64,000 bases of DNA from an uncultured Gemmatimonadales bacterium (GTDB taxonomy: Bacteria > Gemmatimonadota > Gemmatimonadetes > Gemmatimonadales > GWC2-71-9), in contig CAVVKJ010000006.1 of assembly GCA_963748815.1 (NCBI GenBank), forward strand, positions 65,728-129,727. The letters run 5' to 3'. The position numbers were made by a program, and so were the translations under genes. A model generated the notes under the pieces. The model made no database searches. It was not told where the DNA came from and saw only the letters and a program-made list of their open reading frames with translations. Positions 63,989 to 64,000 of the stretch are shown piece after piece. The first letter of the stretch is position 1. Each line of letters opens with the position of its first letter.

Positions 63989-64000
63989 GCGTTCTCCGGG

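Noticed and set aside
1-64000. Mobile elements, prophage, CRISPR arrays, toxin-antitoxin pairs and recognisable defence systems.
   Set aside because: I saw no transposase, integrase or recombinase signatures. There are no direct-repeat/spacer arrays and no small paired ORFs typical of TA modules. There is no compositional island larger than about 300 bp. The window looks like core chromosome.

Overview
This is a very GC-rich, gene-dense bacterial chromosomal segment; third codon positions are almost all G/C. I support about 50 protein genes and found no rRNA, tRNA, CRISPR array, transposase, integrase or phage genes. Gene content points to a diderm, plausibly Gemmatimonadota- or Acidobacteriota-like organism: TamA/TamB, many Ser/Thr kinase-TPR-type proteins, GH109, S46 peptidase. 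That taxonomic call is inference only. Most long alternative-frame ORFs in the track are GC shadows. True starts are often internal GTG/ATG codons that overlap the upstream stop (GTGA/ATGA).

Main blocks:
- 6-2129: cytochrome c-FTR1 iron permease.
- 2178-17585 (-): an 11-gene, translationally coupled string. It runs TamA, TamB, YegS-like lipid kinase, a cytoplasmic GAF/PAS histidine kinase, a sigma54-type response regulator, an unlisted 59-aa 8-Cys zinc-finger ORF, NlpC/P60, HAD, CYTH, a hypothetical protein and AcpS.
- 17741-24698 (+): peptide ABC remnant, PBP4, FprA-type reductase, PduO adenosyltransferase, AroB.
- 24699-24983: an AT-rich island with a perfect 13-bp-arm palindrome and a consensus promoter, upstream of a sigma70-family factor.
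- 25935-32460 (+): Lon-N, GlcDEF, YgfZ and an epimerase.
- 32479-44065 (-): peptidases, MFS, FKBP, SulP, DinB, a flavoprotein and a rhodanese.
- 54192-60085: a putative sugar salvage cassette of SSF symporter, nucleotidyltransferase, GHMP kinase and Tat-exported GH109, with CutC convergent.
- 60835-63988 (-): a Ser/Thr kinase-TPR gene.

Four genes are interrupted by single frameshifts: the ABC binding protein, fprA, sulP and the kinase. These are either assembly indels or true pseudogenes. The most interesting candidates are the hidden zinc-finger ORF inside the TCS-envelope operon and the salvage cassette.
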